64,000 bases of DNA from Perna viridis. Lineage: Eukaryota. Both the position numbers and the translations under genes were made by a program. The notes below the pieces were generated by a model, which was not told where the DNA came from, ran no database searches, and saw only the letters and a list, made by a program, of their open reading frames with translations. Location of the stretch: assembly GCA_037379345.1 (NCBI GenBank), contig CM074515.1:20770001-20834000 (forward strand), given 5' to 3'. Of the stretch, positions 35,951 to 51,917 are shown in pieces. Positions within the stretch are counted from its first letter, which is position 1. Each line of letters begins with the position of its first letter.

Positions 35951-38900
35951 GTGATTTAAACAGGAGGTTTTCGTGCGTTCGTTCATCATGAATTTAAACA
36001 CGCGCGTAGGTACGTCCCATCTCTCTTGCGCTTTGAGCCGTCGTTTATATCGTGTGTTTCCTTAATCTAATGCGTTACGGTTCTCCAACGGTGTGGGCAT
36101 GTAGAAATATTGTTGATCAATTACTTCAACTTCATAGGTCCACCATTAACACAGTTTCAAAGAAAATGTGTACAGGTCGCAATAAGAATCATTGAAAAAA
36201 GAAAAAAAAGACGTTTTGTCGAAATTTTGTGTCAATCTATAATCTTTCGGTAAGTCACATTTATGGTAACTAAAGAAGTTCTAATTAAAGTTGTATTTAC
36301 TTGGAGAAGTCATGAAATAAATCGATATAGTTGAATTATGCTAAAAATATTTTCCGAATTTTTTTTTGGCTAATTATTAGTCATTGTTTTTTTTTTCACA
36401 TTTTAAACCTTTTTTTTTTTTTTGTTATTTTGAGTGGTACTTAAAGATAAACGAAAGTTTAGTCCAAACTAACATGATTGTTTTTTTGTTTTTTTTGTTT
36501 TTTTTTGTCTTAAATTGCTTATCCTGTACATGTGTATAGTTTTTCTGGCCTTTTATCGTTCTATGTCGTAGCTTACATTTTAGTCTATACTATTTACTTT
36601 TCAATGTCTGTTCTTTTAATATTGAAACCTGACAAGTAATTTACAAATGTATATATAGTTTATATATTTAAATTCATAAAGAAATCTTTTTTAACAACAC
36701 TTTATTCATCAAGTTGCTTTGTTACATTTTGTAACATCATTTTGTACTTTTCAATTATGTAAATAGTTGTGGCTCTACAGATCTATTAGATTGCCCGGAT
36801 TTTGCTGCTGTACTTCGAAATATTTCGGTCACTTTTGAAAGTCAGAAAAGCGCCGTTAAGAATCAAGTGGGTTGCGTTTTCCTGTAAATGCAAGGATATG
36901 GTAATCACGCGTAACGAAATAAGCGCTTAACACTATCATTCAAATTGTCATGACTTTTTTGTGACTTTATCTTAATGTAGGTATATTTAGTTAACATCAT
37001 GGGTAAATCCAAGCACCTAATGTACTGGTACAAGATTTGTATGTTTTGAATGTAAGTTTAAATGGCGTATCTTCGTCTCTTCTGAAGGAAAGAAATTGAA
37101 ATCGTATATTAATTATTTTATTCAATAAAACAAGCCATATAAGTTTCTGTTGATGTTAGTTCGTCGATAAGAAGAAAGATTTTGATTTTCAATTGTAACA
37201 TCTTTCCGAAGTAGTCTGAAATACACTACAAAGAACCTCGACATATGTCGTTGAGAAAAATATATAGATCGATAATTAACTCGTATTTGTTCAATGTCAT
37301 TTTATGAAATGGATTTGCTAGCCATTATACAAATTAACATGTGCTAGGACTTTGTACCAATCTTAGCTGACAAATGAAATATGACCGGGATACATGGAAA
37401 TGAAGGGAAACAAAAGACGACCATGACTAAACCTGTAAGTTTTTCTTCATCATAAATTTTATTTTTTCTTTCCTTTTTTCATTGAAAGCTAGAATTATCC
37501 GTTTCAGAAGTAAGCGGACTTCAAAGAGATATCCGTACTTTTCCATAGTTGTAAGTACTTAGTATGGTAATTAATGTGTGTGGTTTTTTTTTTTTTGCTA
37601 AAATTGTCTGTTGATCCTTTAAAACTCGAGAAGTTCACTGGGGTTAATGACATTCAGTGTAATTACGCACGTGCGTCTGTCCCATAAGCAACAATTTTAA
37701 ATTTGGTATGCTGATTCGGCTCGCTAATTATAACGTGTGCAAAATGTTTGGCTTTGTCATTTTTTCCCACACAAATATCGACAACCCTCCATGGACATGA
37801 GTTGGAAATTAAATCATAAACTGGAGAAAAGGCTTTCTTATTTTTCTGAAATTTCAGCATAACCGACTGCACTTGTGCGAGCTTAGTGCCACATCCAGGG
37901 AATGCTGGGTTATACATGTCTTATGGAGACGTTTCTTCTAATTTATAGTTCTTGTAATGACGCTATCGCCTTTCTATCATTGTAATTACAACACGCCCCT
38001 TATAAATCACAAGTCATTTGTAAACTATCTAAAACGTGTTATACTTTAACATCTTAATCGCCTCAACAGTAACATATGAACAATTGTTAACACTTTGAAA
38101 CATCACCAAACATGAAATAAGAACGTGTTTCATGATTAATAAAAATCTAGTCGTACAGTAACTTGTACCATTTTCATTAATATTATTGTCTGTAATGGGG
38201 ATCACCATTGTGTAGTATAAGCTGACTTGGATTGTTGAAAAAGTTCTCTGCTATTTGTTCGGTGAGTGCGAGATTTCAATTGATGATGTTGTTTGTTTAG
38301 TCCTTTTTTCGTGTTTGTTTAGTCCTTTTCTTCGTGTTACGAAATGAGATTTCACGATTCTGTATTTTATTGAAATTTCTGAAGTTGACGAGAACGACAC
38401 AAGTTAGGTTAGTCACTGAGTGGTATACCAATATGTTCTGTGTTAGATGTACTGGTTTGGAATGTACTCCTACTATTTTATCAGGCGCGGAACCATAAAT
38501 TTAAAAAAAAATGACCCAGAAAAGAGGGGATTTCATGCTGCAATGTATTACTATTTGCTTATGTTTGCCCAAATTTTGTATGGAATTAACAATTTATTCC
38601 AAAACTGGTATTCCAACCCCTGACCTGCCATTGTTCAGCCTATAAGTATATTTAAATGTGGCATAATAATTCTCAAATAGATTGCAAATCGTAAAATTTA
38701 AACAAATTACGCGGATTAAGGTTTATGCAAAAAATTCTTTTGTCATATATAATCAAAAGTAAGTGTATTTTTCTTTGTGTTATAGATGGTTATTGCGTGC
38801 ATATCGAGATATATTGATTCGAATAGTATGTGGTGCGGTTTCACGAGTGCATTTCTTTCTAAGAGTGAACAATTTGGGCAAATACCTACAAATAGATATT

Positions 38901-40437
38901 TGACCAGTTGATATTGATTCTTATTCTGATAAGTTTGCCACAGAAAACAAATTTTAAAGTGATTATAAAGCGCCGACGTCAGCTGTGTAAAAACGCCAAG
39001 AAATGCATTGAGTTAATGAAAATTAAGTATGAAATGTAATAATGCATTATACATACTTTTATACTTCAAGATCTTTCTGAATAATGATTTGTTATGTAAA
39101 GTTGCTAACTACAAGCGTTACTTATATATGAAGTTGATGAAGTAGATTGATAAATTTAAAAAAAAAATATGTTACTAAAACGGGTGTAAGGTTTCTTATC
39201 TAAAGGCACTCTAGTAAAATTATTATTCGGGGTATTAAAAGACCCCCTAGTGAAAATTGAAATATAATATTCACGCATTACCGGTTTTTATTTTTGTAGA
39301 GCAAAATTAATAATTCAAAATGCCTTTTCATTTTTTTAAGAAGCTAATATATTATTTTCTTTAACTCAAAGAATATTGCATTGTTTATTCGTTTACACCG
39401 ATTATTTTTCACAAACGAACTTCCACGTGATTTATTGTTATATTCAGTCTTTCATGTGCAAATACATAGTTTTTATTGCAATATAAAAATTACGAGTTAC
39501 GTAGTTCTTGCTCATGAATAAAAAAGATTTGCAAAATATTGCTATAAATACTCAATTAAAGCGTAATATGTTTTTAAAGGGATATTTAATGGTGAAAATG
39601 TCAATTTCTGGTCTACATACCCACGAATTAGATCACTATATATCAAAGAAAATCATAAATTATTAAGGGATCTAAAAAGTTTACAATTAGGGAAACTAAG
39701 TCAAATACATGTAATTAGAGTGTAGTAAAAATGACTGTTTTTATGGGGGTAATTTTATTCAAAGGTTTTTGAAATATGCGACTCGATGATATAATATTAA
39801 ACTTTTAGAAAGGTTAGGCATCATATTTTAATAATGATTATTCAGGTTTTGAAATATACGACTCGATGCATTTATAGAAAGGTTAGGCATAATATGAATA
39901 ATCAAATTATGATTATGCATTTTGTTTGCTTGAAGTGGTAAAAAATCCTATCATATAAGGTATCATACTTGCGAGCTTGTTCACACAGGTTGTATGTTAT
40001 GACTTACCCAAAGACACAACTTTGGTAAGTGGTTTGACACTTTTTTTTATTGTATTCAATAACTACCAGGTTATTTTATGGGGTATCGTTGGATAAAAAC
40101 TGTTGCTTTGCTTACCCTTTTCTGTCATAAAAAGTTTCACTTATATGCATATAGATGAAAATTATTTCGATGTGTTTTGATACCTATACTACATATAATC
40201 CTTGATTTATACCTTAGAACATTATATTGATCATATTGGACTGTTGTTAGATGAAATCTAAGAAAACCATATTGTTTCCCTTGTCCAATATTCATTAACA
40301 ATTTATTGAAAATAAACACTACATGGGATTTCCTGGTTTAGAATTTCTTACCGTTGTCACCGCTTTCAGTCATTTGTTTCGACATTTCTTATGCAATTTA
40401 AAAAATTGACATTTCAAAAGACATATTCAAATATATG

Positions 40438-40501
40438 AACGTAGGAACATGTAGTTTTGAACGTAGGAACATGTAGTTTTGACGTAGGAACATGCAGTTT
40501 T
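40438..40501. repeat. ~21-bp tandem repeat x3
   Basis: ACGTAGGAACATG(T/C)AGTTTT three times. Confidence 0.85.
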
Positions 40502-41814
40502 AATATGTATCCCACTGTTATTTTATATTGTCGACTTATCAGTTAAATATTCAAATATAGTGGATATTGGTGATGGCATATGTTGCGGTGGAAAAAGTGC
40601 ACATCAAATATGCACAAGTGAGCTTATGTTTGGCAGGGAATTATATTTTCTTTATTTTTACATAAAATTGTTACTTTAACTTACTGAATTAAAATATTTT
40701 TATGAGTTCTGCATGAAGAGCTCATTGTCTTCTATGAGCCGATGTTGCACTGCAAGGTAGAAAAACCCTACATAATATTTTCAGGGATATTAATGTATCA
40801 GCTTTTGGGTGATGTATGGGGATGTATAGTCTTCTTCGGGTTAAACTTAAGATAGAAACTCCACAACTCATAGAACTTAGTGAAATTAGCATGGAGCCTA
40901 TTGGAAGTGACATTAGTAGGTAGCCTTAGCCCGGGTTTTCATCGAATACTTGGCTTTTATACTTCTAAATACCTACCGTTGTAAAATAGCAATGAATTGT
41001 TTCGTGAAAACTAGTAAATAAAATAGTTTTATAATTTAACAACAGTGTTTGAAATACGCGACTACGTATGATATAACGCAGTGTAACCTGTGAGAGAACA
41101 TAGTTACGAAAGGCCTAATAGATATATATATCACCTTATAAACGGCCACAATCAAGGTCTAGCCGCTAGGTTGAAATATAAAAAAGACACAAACTGTCAA
41201 ATTTGAACCAAAACATTATTATGTAAAAAACTTGTATAGTCATCAAGATACAATATAGATGGTGAATTTTACGACGAGACAAGCTCTTATCGACCTCTTT
41301 CTAAAAATTAAACGAAACTGAATCACAAAGAACCCTAAAGATAACCCTATGTTATTACCGTCATTTAAATGTAAAATCTTGATTAAATTTTCACGCGCAA
41401 TGCACACATTGAAGAACCTGCAAGGCATTTTTCGCCCTTTCAACATAGTTATAACCTAAGCACATACAGATTTTCCTCAGTAGTCAGTCGTTTAAATTAT
41501 TATTTTCACTCGAGATTGTAAAATTTAAAGCTTTAGCGATTATGTTGAAATCATAATTTTACCCCAGAGAGTGTAGAACTGATTTAAATCAAGAATATGC
41601 TGAAGGAGAATGGTCGGTTTCTCCCATGAAATCAATATTGACCTTAGAAAATGTAAAATGGCTGGAGAGCTTTTCACCGCCCGGTGGTTAAAAACTTACG
41701 TTCATTTAATCATCGGATTATAATGGGGAAAAAATCGTATTTTTTCATTTTCTTTTTTGTTCTCCTTTGACATATGTTAGCAATATCAATTATTTCGAAT
41801 CTTTGTATAGGCGA

Positions 41815-42535
41815 TTATTAGGGCCCAGCCTTAGGCGGGTCGCTGTATACTGATCAGTCTGTCCGTCCGTCCGTAACAAATTCGTGTCCGCTCTATATCT
41901 AGAGAACTGTTATGATATCATACTTCATACTTACTATGTATATTAACCAACACCAGAGGATGTGTTATAATTTATGTACAACTTCCTAGGTCAAAGATGA
42001 AGGTAAAAAAACCTTGGTTTCAGTTGACAACCCCATGTCCTGTGGTAAAGATCTTCAACTGTAAACTGCTTTTTTATAAATTTTATTCCACAATTTTCCT
42101 GATACAAATAGTTTGCTTCTTTATGTTATATTTTTCTTATTTCAAGTAAAACCCGTACATCCTTTTTCAAAAAGTTGCAGCCCTCAGCAAATTTTCATGT
42201 TTTTAACATTTAATTCGCATTCTTTTTTTTTTGGTGGGTCATAATAGATTGAAGGCATAACTCTAAGTATATGACAAATAGCTACTGGGCAGCACCTTTA
42301 AAACATATTATTCAAACATCAACCCATATGTCCAGAAGTCACCTAGTGGTCAACAATGAATTCATATCATGCAGTCAAATCACTATTATACTAATATTAA
42401 ATTTTAGAATAAAATCGCACATAACGATACTATATAATAACTTCAAATAATGCTTCATATATGTATCAGCTTATTTACTACATGTTATTGGCAGCGGGCC
42501 CACAGAGATGGCTCCCATCTCAATGATATCTAGTT
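41815..42535 (+). mobile_element. HINE-like element
   Basis: 5' GGGCCCAGC..GCGGGTC hairpin and GTCTGTCCGTCCGTCCG microsatellite; 3' GCGGGCCC subTIR, GAGATGG-CT-CCCATCTC hairpin and CTAGTT. Confidence 0.7.
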
Positions 42536-42579
42536 AGGGTCGAGTTTTTTCTTAAATTAAATTTACCGGATGGTTAGTA

Positions 42580-43190
42580 TGGTTTAGCTGAATTCTGACA
42601 TGGACAAAAGTGTTCAGCATGGTGAGATCTATCTATGGTCAACTTTTGGTTTTAATCTGTTAAGCCATGTTGGAGTTATTGCCCCTTTTTCAACGATTTT
42701 TGTTATTTTTGATATTATTTCTTTCAAAAATCTTCTCCTCTGACACTACTTGACCAATTGAAACCAAACTTGGTATGAATGTTCCTTTGGGTATCCTGCA
42801 TAGAACTGATGTGGGGATTTTTGATTCGTCGAAAAACATGGCCGCCGTTACAGTAGTTTTTCACATATATCTCCAAAACAGTTAGGTTTATCCAAATTCT
42901 TTCAATAGCTGAAATAATCCATATTATTAGGACTACAAAAGTCTTCAGACTCCTTGTAAGAGTTATTGCCCTTGAAAGGCGAAAAATGACTTTTTTTAAT
43001 AGTTTTCAGTCAATATCTTGAAAACTATGATAGATTAAAAGAAACTTTCAATTGTTGAAAAGATCTTGTGATAAGTCCTACCAAAGACTTCTTGAGTCAA
43101 AATTGTTGGACAACTTCTTGTTTAATTTATTGGCTTTGAAAGGCAAAAGTCAACAAGGTGAGCGATTCAGGCTCCTGGGAGCCTCTTGTT
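42580..43190 (+). mobile_element. 5'-truncated copy of the 20393-21587 HINE family
   Basis: Shares the CTGACACTACTTGACC unit and the end AGGTGAGCGATTCAGGCTCCTGGGAGCCTCTTGTT. Confidence 0.85.
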
Positions 43191-43429
43191 TATAAACAAA
43201 TAGCCATTTTCAACTCGCATGGAAGACTGTCGTCTCACAAATAACCTCATGGCTTACTTTCTGACGATAGCACCTACAACAAATCTGCACTTATGTTTTG
43301 TCTAACAGGTATATTCATAATTCTGATGTATTAAGCAGCAGTCTTTATTTAAAAAAATCAGACAGAAGGTGATTCATGCATGTCAAAAATCCATCGAATT
43401 CAGTATTTCTTGTTTAGAAGCAGTTACTG

Positions 43430-43650
43430 ATCACATAACCAATCTTAGCTTTTCATTTGGCTGTTGGTCTTTTGAGATAAATATTATATAGATTGTTCAT
43501 GACATTGGGTTTTTGCAAGAGTTATCGTTCTTGATTTGATTTGATTTGGTTTATTTTAGTGAGAGATAAATGTGTGGTTTTCTAAAAAGTGCAGATTTAA
43601 ATCCAGAAATGGTTGTCCTTGTGTGAATGTATAGCATATGTAGACTGAAA
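43430..43650 (+). repeat. Dispersed repeat, paralogous to ~48835-49050
   Basis: Shared AAGAGTTATCG(T/G)TCTTGATTTG...TTTTAGTG...TTTTCTAAAA...ATATGTAGACTGA. Confidence 0.6.
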
Positions 43651-44644
43651 AAAGCATAATTTGTTTGGTGGGTTTATCTACACCATAAATCACGTTACCA
43701 TATGCAGTGTCTGAATTGTATGTGGACTTGTACTTAAGAAACTCACTCTAGACGCTACAGTCAGCCTTCTTAGAAACTGTAATAATCTTGCAAAGTCTGT
43801 TTGATATATAGCTATTTTCTAACTCTGGATGTGGAATTTCATCCACCGTTTTTATTGTAGGCCCGCTGACTATCACTCTGTTTGAAAGAATTGTATCGAC
43901 ATTTCCCAGTTCCACTTACTTTACCATTGGCTATACGGGGATATTGTCATGACGCTATAACAATAAATACTTAAGTAGTAGTCTTTGTAAGAATCATGCA
44001 CATTCTGTAATATGTGACACTCTAAAATTGGCTACTCATTTTTATTTTTGTAATTAAGAATTTAAGCTGCTTTATAGCTCTATATGATATATAGCTATAC
44101 AGCTCTAGCTTTACACTTTAGTAAAAATGTATATTTACTCATTCCTATCTGTCTGTTATTAGGAGATAATCCACATTGAAAGTCCAACAGTTTCTGTTGT
44201 ATTTTAGTATCATTTATCTCCCTTAATTTTGAATTATACAGTACATTCTATATTTTGTTTTATCTCCTGAGAACAAGGGTTATATAAAAAGCCACATGTT
44301 ACTTCCTGTTTACTATAACATTTGAAATAAAATAACAAAACAAATGTAGGCTTTCCAACCGTGAATCACATTTTGCATGTTTCTTATCTGTAGTGCTACA
44401 AAAATTGCCGAATTTGAATGCAGGCCTGTATTCAGTAGAAAAAGAACCAAAGTTGTTAATAAAAGCCTGTCAACACGACCTAATATCTTAAAATACCAAC
44501 AAATTATGTGTTCCCAAAATACAATAAGCTTGGAAAAACTATGTAGATTTATGAAATGCATCACAAAAACAGATTTTCTCTAGGCTTACAATTTAACCTT
44601 CTAAAGAAGTAAATGTTTTCCTTGAGAATCAGGGGTGAGAGTGA

Positions 44645-44647
<3 letters not shown>

Positions 44648-44700
<53 letters not shown>
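44648..44700. repeat. (TG)n microsatellite, ~26 units
   Basis: Direct reading. Confidence 0.97.
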
Positions 44701-44704
<4 letters not shown>

Positions 44705-47700
44705 GTCTGTCTTGTCTGTTCTTCCTGTCTATCTTTCTTTCTTTCTTTTTTTCTTGTTTTTGTTTTTTTGTTTTCGTATTGTTTTTTTTTTCATTATTAT
44801 GTAATGTCTCTACTGTATCATTGTATTTATGGTTTATGAGAATAAGATATCTGTCGGTATTCATAGGGACTAACCCGACGTACGCCCATCCAAAAAATGG
44901 GATTATAAATTATTTCTTTATGTAAAACCTTGATTTTTGCACAAGGTACACCTAAAACCCTCTTGCATTGCTTCTCTCGGCCATTGATTTTATTTATGCC
45001 CTTGACCTGAAATCCTAGAGACTGGTAGACCGCATAAAAATGCAAATATCTGAAAATAACCGTCTTCAACTGAAAGGTTAACTTTACGAAATTTAGATGA
45101 AAAAATAAAGAATACTGATTGAAAACATATTATCAGTTACGCATTTATCAAACTAAAGTACGAATACCAGGTGTTTGTTTGTTTGTTTTGTTTTTGTTTT
45201 TTTTTAATTTGCAACCCTATGTGATCAATTTAAAAGCAAAACATATGTAAAAAGAAAACCCGATATCGAATTGGCATGAGATCACAATTCAAGATAAGTT
45301 ACATTTACTGTGATAGATTGGTTTTTAATCCCCTTTTTGGGATATATTTTCCCCGATCTGCGGCATGCTGATTAGGCGTCAGGTAGCGCTATACTACAGA
45401 TGCCCGTTGACAGTTTTATATTTTTTCAGGTCATACTTGGGTTGGATTTCTTTCTTTCTTGTTTTTTTTTTTGTCCAAAAACAATTTATTTTGATAGACT
45501 GATCAAATTCAAGTAATATTGCTTGTCTGGACACGCTAAATTTTCACCATGCATGAAGTCCCAGAAGTAAGGATGGTTCGCGTAACATTTTGTTCAACTG
45601 TTTATGGAAGCTCTGATAACCGTGTAACTCAATGATATATAGATGTTATCATGAACAAACGGTGCGCAAATTATCTCAAAAACAAATTTAGTATGTGTGC
45701 AATTTGATTTTGACGTAGTGTGTGGAAGCGTAATGCACCCTATGAAAGTTGAACGTACAATGTATTACATAATGCCCAGACTTCCAACTCATTTTAATAA
45801 TCATTCCTGTGAAATGTTTCTAAGTTTAAGCTTACGGAAAATAACGAGATACGAGATACAACCATGATTCCAACAGTTATCTCAGGAACGAGAAAAAATG
45901 TTAGACTTCAGTTGAAAACACAATGACAAATCTTTCAAGACGGGGAAAATAAAACTTCAAATGAAGAAATCCTTAGAACGTTTTTGTATGACATTTCTAT
46001 GACGAAACTGAAGATACATGCATGTTTCCAGTCCAGTTGGTATCATCACACCTCAACGTGACATCAGTAGTTGTACTTACACATTACTCATTTGTCAATA
46101 TCACGGTACACTTTTTTCAAAAGTAGTATAAAACACATTTTCATTGAAACTCTAGGTGTATAATCAATCTTAAGATTGATTATTAAGTGTTTCTATTCTT
46201 CTTTCGCTAATTACAGTCTTTATGGACGTTTGATCATTGAAATAAATCTAATATTTAATCAATTTACTCGTAAATCAATGGGAAAATAAGACAATATTTT
46301 TGGCTGTAGTTTGATAACCAGCATTTATATTTAGGAGAGCATTGTTTCCTTAAAAACCTTCATTTCTTGAATTATTGATTTTAAGAAAGAAAACTGATAA
46401 TTCTAAGATCAATTGCTATGTGGAGGGACCTACAAGATCGAGTTAAGCATAAATTAATGTTTCGGTGTGATGGTGTCTTGTTGAATGGATATAACATTAA
46501 AACAATATAAGAATGGAGAAATACATGGATTTCAGACTTAGAATACGTCAAGTATTTATTGATATAATTGTAAGTAAAATTAGTATTTTGTTAAAACAAA
46601 AAAATCTCGCATTTACACGCGAACTTAATTTGGGTAATGAAATTATAGCGAAACAGTTTGCAACCCAAGAACAAAACTTTAAATCGTCGTATCCAAATTT
46701 TGATATTCGTAAAGAACGGAGTTTTTCTTATTAAACAACGTTAGATTTACAATGTAGCTGTTTATGAAGCGGTTCAGCTTCATCATGTTTCCATTACAGT
46801 CAATGATAACTTCTATAATAATCTCTATTGAGAAACGCTCGCTGTTCGGAGCGTTGAACGGCAATAGCGAAAGTACAAAAAAATCTATAACATTCATTCA
46901 AATTTCCATGTCTATTTCATCTAGTATATTGCTTAATATTTTTTTTGTACTATAACTGTCATTTCAAGAAATGCATTTTTTCTTTTGGAAACAATGCCAA
47001 ATTCTCGAGACTATAAATTTAACACAATCTTTCACACCAATACGCATACTTTCATTGTTGAAAATTTCATTCATAACGATCCAGTCCTTTTGTTAATTCT
47101 ATTTTAACATTTTAATAACTTAATATTATCGTTAGAAACTACTTAACTTTGGCGTTTAATCCTAAAAATAGGTATGAAGTTATCTGTTTCTTCGTGCAAC
47201 GGGAGTGGCATATGTTGTATACGTTGGTTGCATTTGTATCTGCTATTATATTGATATGTTCTATCGTTAATATTATGGATAAGACGACCCTAGATCTTAT
47301 TTTGATGGTCCTCTGATTTGCTGGTTTTGCCTTATTCATTATGTCCTTTCTGCCCGAACTGTTTGGGTTTTTTTTACTTTCTTTTTAACACTAAATAGTC
47401 GCTGACCACTTGTTTAAGTGTTTCAATTTCCAAAGTAATCCAAAACTGGTTAACCAACAAACTTAGTTTTAATTTCATTGATACATTTACTTTTTTTAGC
47501 TTTAGGATTATCTAAGAATGAGTAGTTTTAAGTTAAACTTCACAATTTACTCCGCGTGTCAGAATCAATTTAAGTACGTGTTTGTATAGTATTCATGTTA
47601 TCTGAATAAGAACAATATTTATTTGAATGTGGTACTATCGACTTGCTTTTAGTGATACAAGAAGAAGTAGTGAAGTGTTCGGTGTTCAAACATTTCCAAT

Positions 47701-50700
47701 TTACAGCCATCTATGATCGAATAAGCATGAAAAAATGAAGGATAAAATGCATACTTCAAAAATAACAAATTGATATCAGAAGTCCGCCCACCACGTTATA
47801 TTACATTCGATTTCTCGGCAATAAATAGGTTTTTATTGTATTTTATCCATTAAAGAGTAGACGTGTTAAAATATTTTACGATAAAGATTAACGATATTTT
47901 CATTCCAATCTGCCTTTTGCTGAACAAACATATACAATATTTTATTTCCTTTCTCTCCACAGAGTGTGACATGTATTTTGTTCGGTACCTGAATGTTGTT
48001 CATTTACATTTTTGTTGATAGCCATCGTAGTATGTACCGTTATTCCCAATGACTACGGTTAATATTAGACATACAGTTTGATACTCGTATTTCTTCTTGT
48101 GTTTTAAATAAATGCAGTTCGAATATAAGTTAAGTTATTTACACTTTCAGGATTCTCTAACTATTATGGAGGAGATTCATGGTCAAATATTTTTTATGTA
48201 CAAAAATGAAATGACCATTTCACAAACTATATTTTACAACATCGATGTTTTCAAAAAGAAATACGGTGTCACATAATGAATTATGAATATAAAAAAAAAC
48301 AAACAAAAAACAAAAAACAAACAAAAAACAAAAAAAAGAAAAAAAAACGACAAAAAAAACAAAAACAAGTTGACGATTCTGAAAGACATTAGTAGTATAT
48401 ATTTATTTTTATTAGTTAGGTACAAAATTAAATCATCGTAAGATTTAGAAATTCCAAAGGCATTTCTTCTTACATTTGGCAATAACTCTCAGAAAGTTTA
48501 GATTTATCTCATAACACATATTGAATGCAAATAATTCCTGTTCACAAATAAATTTTAACCAACAACCGATGTTTTTATCTTTTTTTTTCTTTTTTTTTGG
48601 TGTCTAGTCTTTTAGTTATGCTGTTCACGATTGAAATGCCGGGTAATACCACGATAAGGATCAACAGAAAACTTCATCTGTAAATAAATCTTAGAGCGAT
48701 TATAGTTTGTAAGTAATGGGCTTTTGACCACTTTAGTGGGATCAGACAGGAAGAGATACACGTATCCATGTAAAAAAACAAATAAAACCACCAAATTCAA
48801 TTTAATTTTTAATTTAGAAACAGTTACAAACTACATAATCAGTCTTATTTTGTCAGTTGTTGCTCTCATGAGATAAAAATACATAGATTATGTATGAAAT
48901 TGGCATTGTGTAAGAGTTATCGGTCTTGATTTGGTTTTATTGGTTTGATTTTAGTGGAAGATGAATGTATAATTTTCTAAAATATACAGATCTTAATACT
49001 AAACTACAGAGAGGATTATCATAACCTAAAATAATAGTATATGTAGACTGAGAAGCTTCCTTTGTTACGATGGATGTGTCAGAATTTTATATAGATGGAC
49101 TGAATGTTCAGTTACAATATTGACATATGAATGGTTTTTATATTATTCAATTATTGTCAGCAAGAGCCTTTAATCGTTGAAGGAGAAAATAAGTATTTAT
49201 TTACCATATAAAACAGTCTGGGCAATCTAAAGTATTGTCTCAGTTCTTAAATACTCTATTAGGTCTTACATTGTCTGCTCAATTTCACAGGTACAAAACA
49301 CCCACGGTAATTTCTTTTATAATTTCTACTTGATTCCAATTTTTAGGACCATCTTTATGGTCCCTAGTGATACAGACTAACAAGTTGCCATGATTTTGTG
49401 TCATATTTTACAACTATCCTTTGATTGGTATGTATATGTAAGGTGAAAACCGTGGTTTGTTTTCTATGAAGATGTAAGGAAAACCTTAAGAACACAGCAA
49501 GTTTAAATTTTGCTAAAAAAAAACAACAAAAAATAAAAACAACAACAACAAAGAGTTCCAGTTTCACAAATTTCTTTATATAAGGTATAACAGTGTGTAA
49601 AATTGTCTGTTTTACCGGGATTTTTTTTATAATTTGGAATTACATGTATCAAAGACCAAAGATAAAATATTGCTAATTGCTCGTGTAAATTTCAAACCAT
49701 TCCAATCAGATTGTTTTGCACTGAAATGATGTGTGTTACTTGCCAAAGGCATCTCCTTCCGAATCGATTTCATGTCTGTAGGTTACATACTCATTTTAGA
49801 GTTTTTAACCTTTCCACGCTTAAGACACTCCATTTCTTTAAACGCAAAAAACTCGCTATCCTTTTTTAGGCAATCACAAGTGACGAAACGTAGCCGATTA
49901 TCACAATATTGAAATGTGAAGCGTACAATGTTAATTATGATAAATAAAATTGCAGCATTGCAATAAATTGCTGGGTCAAATTGAATTCAGCCTCCAAAAT
50001 AAATTAAGTCTGAGAAAAGTTCCAACTGTTTATGTCTTCATCAATGCCAAAGACTTTTAGTTACCATGAAAATTAGAAATATTCTTTAACAAGTGTTTTT
50101 TTTTTAGTTCAGTGGCGCTCCACTGAGAAGGAAACGATATTCCGGAAAACTAAATTATCGAAGTGCAAAATCAACAACGTGTTAATTGGAAATTACATTT
50201 TCGTAAGGTATATCAACAGTTTATGATTTTCGTAAATTCATAATTCATTTTGTGATATTAATTTCCTTTTTTTGTTAAATCGTTGTTAAAAGATAGACAT
50301 TTCCTTTTCTCCAAATAATTAATTTTACGACAAATCCGTTACATAGATTTCATTAGCAATAGTAATCTGTACTTTTAATGATTCCGAGTGTATTTCTTAC
50401 TATTCGCTTGACGTCATAAAAATCTATGCGACATACAGCGTGTCTGACGTTACAACAAACCGCTGTTGTTTGTATGAAAACAGCAATATTTCATTATATT
50501 CAGTACTTAAAATTTCTGTTTTGGTTATCTTGAATTTTAATTTTTTTTTTTAAATTGCGCTTTTAAGAAAGCAATAAAAATTCATATCCATTTCAATATT
50601 CAGGTCTACATCAATAGATAATGTCCTTTGTCAGGTTGACAAAGCATTGCATCATTAGCTTACATATTTCACTCCATGGATGAGAAGACAATAGCATAGC

Positions 50701-50890
50701 AGTGCACTGACACGATAAAACACTGATAAACGTAAGATGTTTTTAGAAACGTACTCATTTGAACCTGTTCGAGCAGAATTTGTAAATTTAAATTTTCTAC
50801 CAGGTCAGTTCACTATTATTGTCTTTATACGGCATCGAAATATTTACAAATAAAAGCTCGTAATGTCAGTAAAAAGATTGTGTTTGAGGA

Positions 50891-50970
50891 GCGACATCTA
50901 GGTAAACAACGTCAATGATGTCACTTCATAGCGACATCTAGGTAAACAACGTCAGTGATGTCACTTCATA
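50891..50970. repeat. 40-bp tandem duplication
   Basis: GCGACATCTAGGTAAACAACGTCA(A/G)TGATGTCACTTCATA twice. Confidence 0.9.
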
Positions 50971-51917
50971 AAATATATTTAGTCAGTGACAGTATACTAC
51001 TTGTATGCGATTTGATTTGATAGCTTAAAAAGAACGGTTGAAGTATTATACACGCCATTCGAAATCTCAACTGGTCAAATTTTCTTTCGACGTACTATAT
51101 TTCCGGAACAATAGGTTGTTTAGATATGGAACGATGATGTTCTTATTGAATATCCCCGAATAAAATATGTTCAAAAAGGAACTTTTCCTTAATTTTATTT
51201 CATTCCTCAACAATTCGGTTCTTGAAGTCAACGTCTTTGTGACGTCACTCATCGAAATCTTGAATAGAAACTGTTGAATGTCAAACGTGGTCTAGTGTCA
51301 ATAAGGCTTTCAATTGATCCAATAATTAATTGGAAATGAAAAATATAATAAACCAATTTTACATCCTTGCTGAAGCTATATAATAATAAATTTTCAAAAC
51401 GTGAATGCAAATATACGCATAATCATTGTCTGAGGGATGGTCAGAGCGGTATGAGTTAACTCATTTATTACTAGCCCACATATTTTTTAACTTTCTTTGT
51501 GGCCACATGCAAACAACGGAACGATCATTTAAACAACTAATGAAACAAAATAATTCATTTGGGGAAAAATATTGATGTTGTTCAGCTAAGGCCACTTTAA
51601 TTCCATATCCTGCCAGCTAAAAAAATTTAAAAAAATAACTTGTTTATAATGAAATGTATACTACATAGGTATCTGAAGTGTTTAGTTCAAGAAATGGAAA
51701 GTTTTAATATCTTATCATGTGATTCCTTAGTAATAACCTGCCTTTCTTTCTTATGCAGTTGAAACCGTTTATAATATGATCTCCAGACAATTAACTCTTA
51801 AGCCAAGGCAGGTCAGTGTAACTTCATTTAATTCAAGTAAAAAAGACAAATGCGAAATGTAGGGAATGAGTAATCAAGGGAAACAAGATTATAGCGGTAA
51901 TCAAAAGAATGTAATCC

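Noticed and set aside
44601-44925. ORFs with CV/HT repeats
   Set aside because: Translation of the (TG)n microsatellite and T-rich low-complexity sequence.
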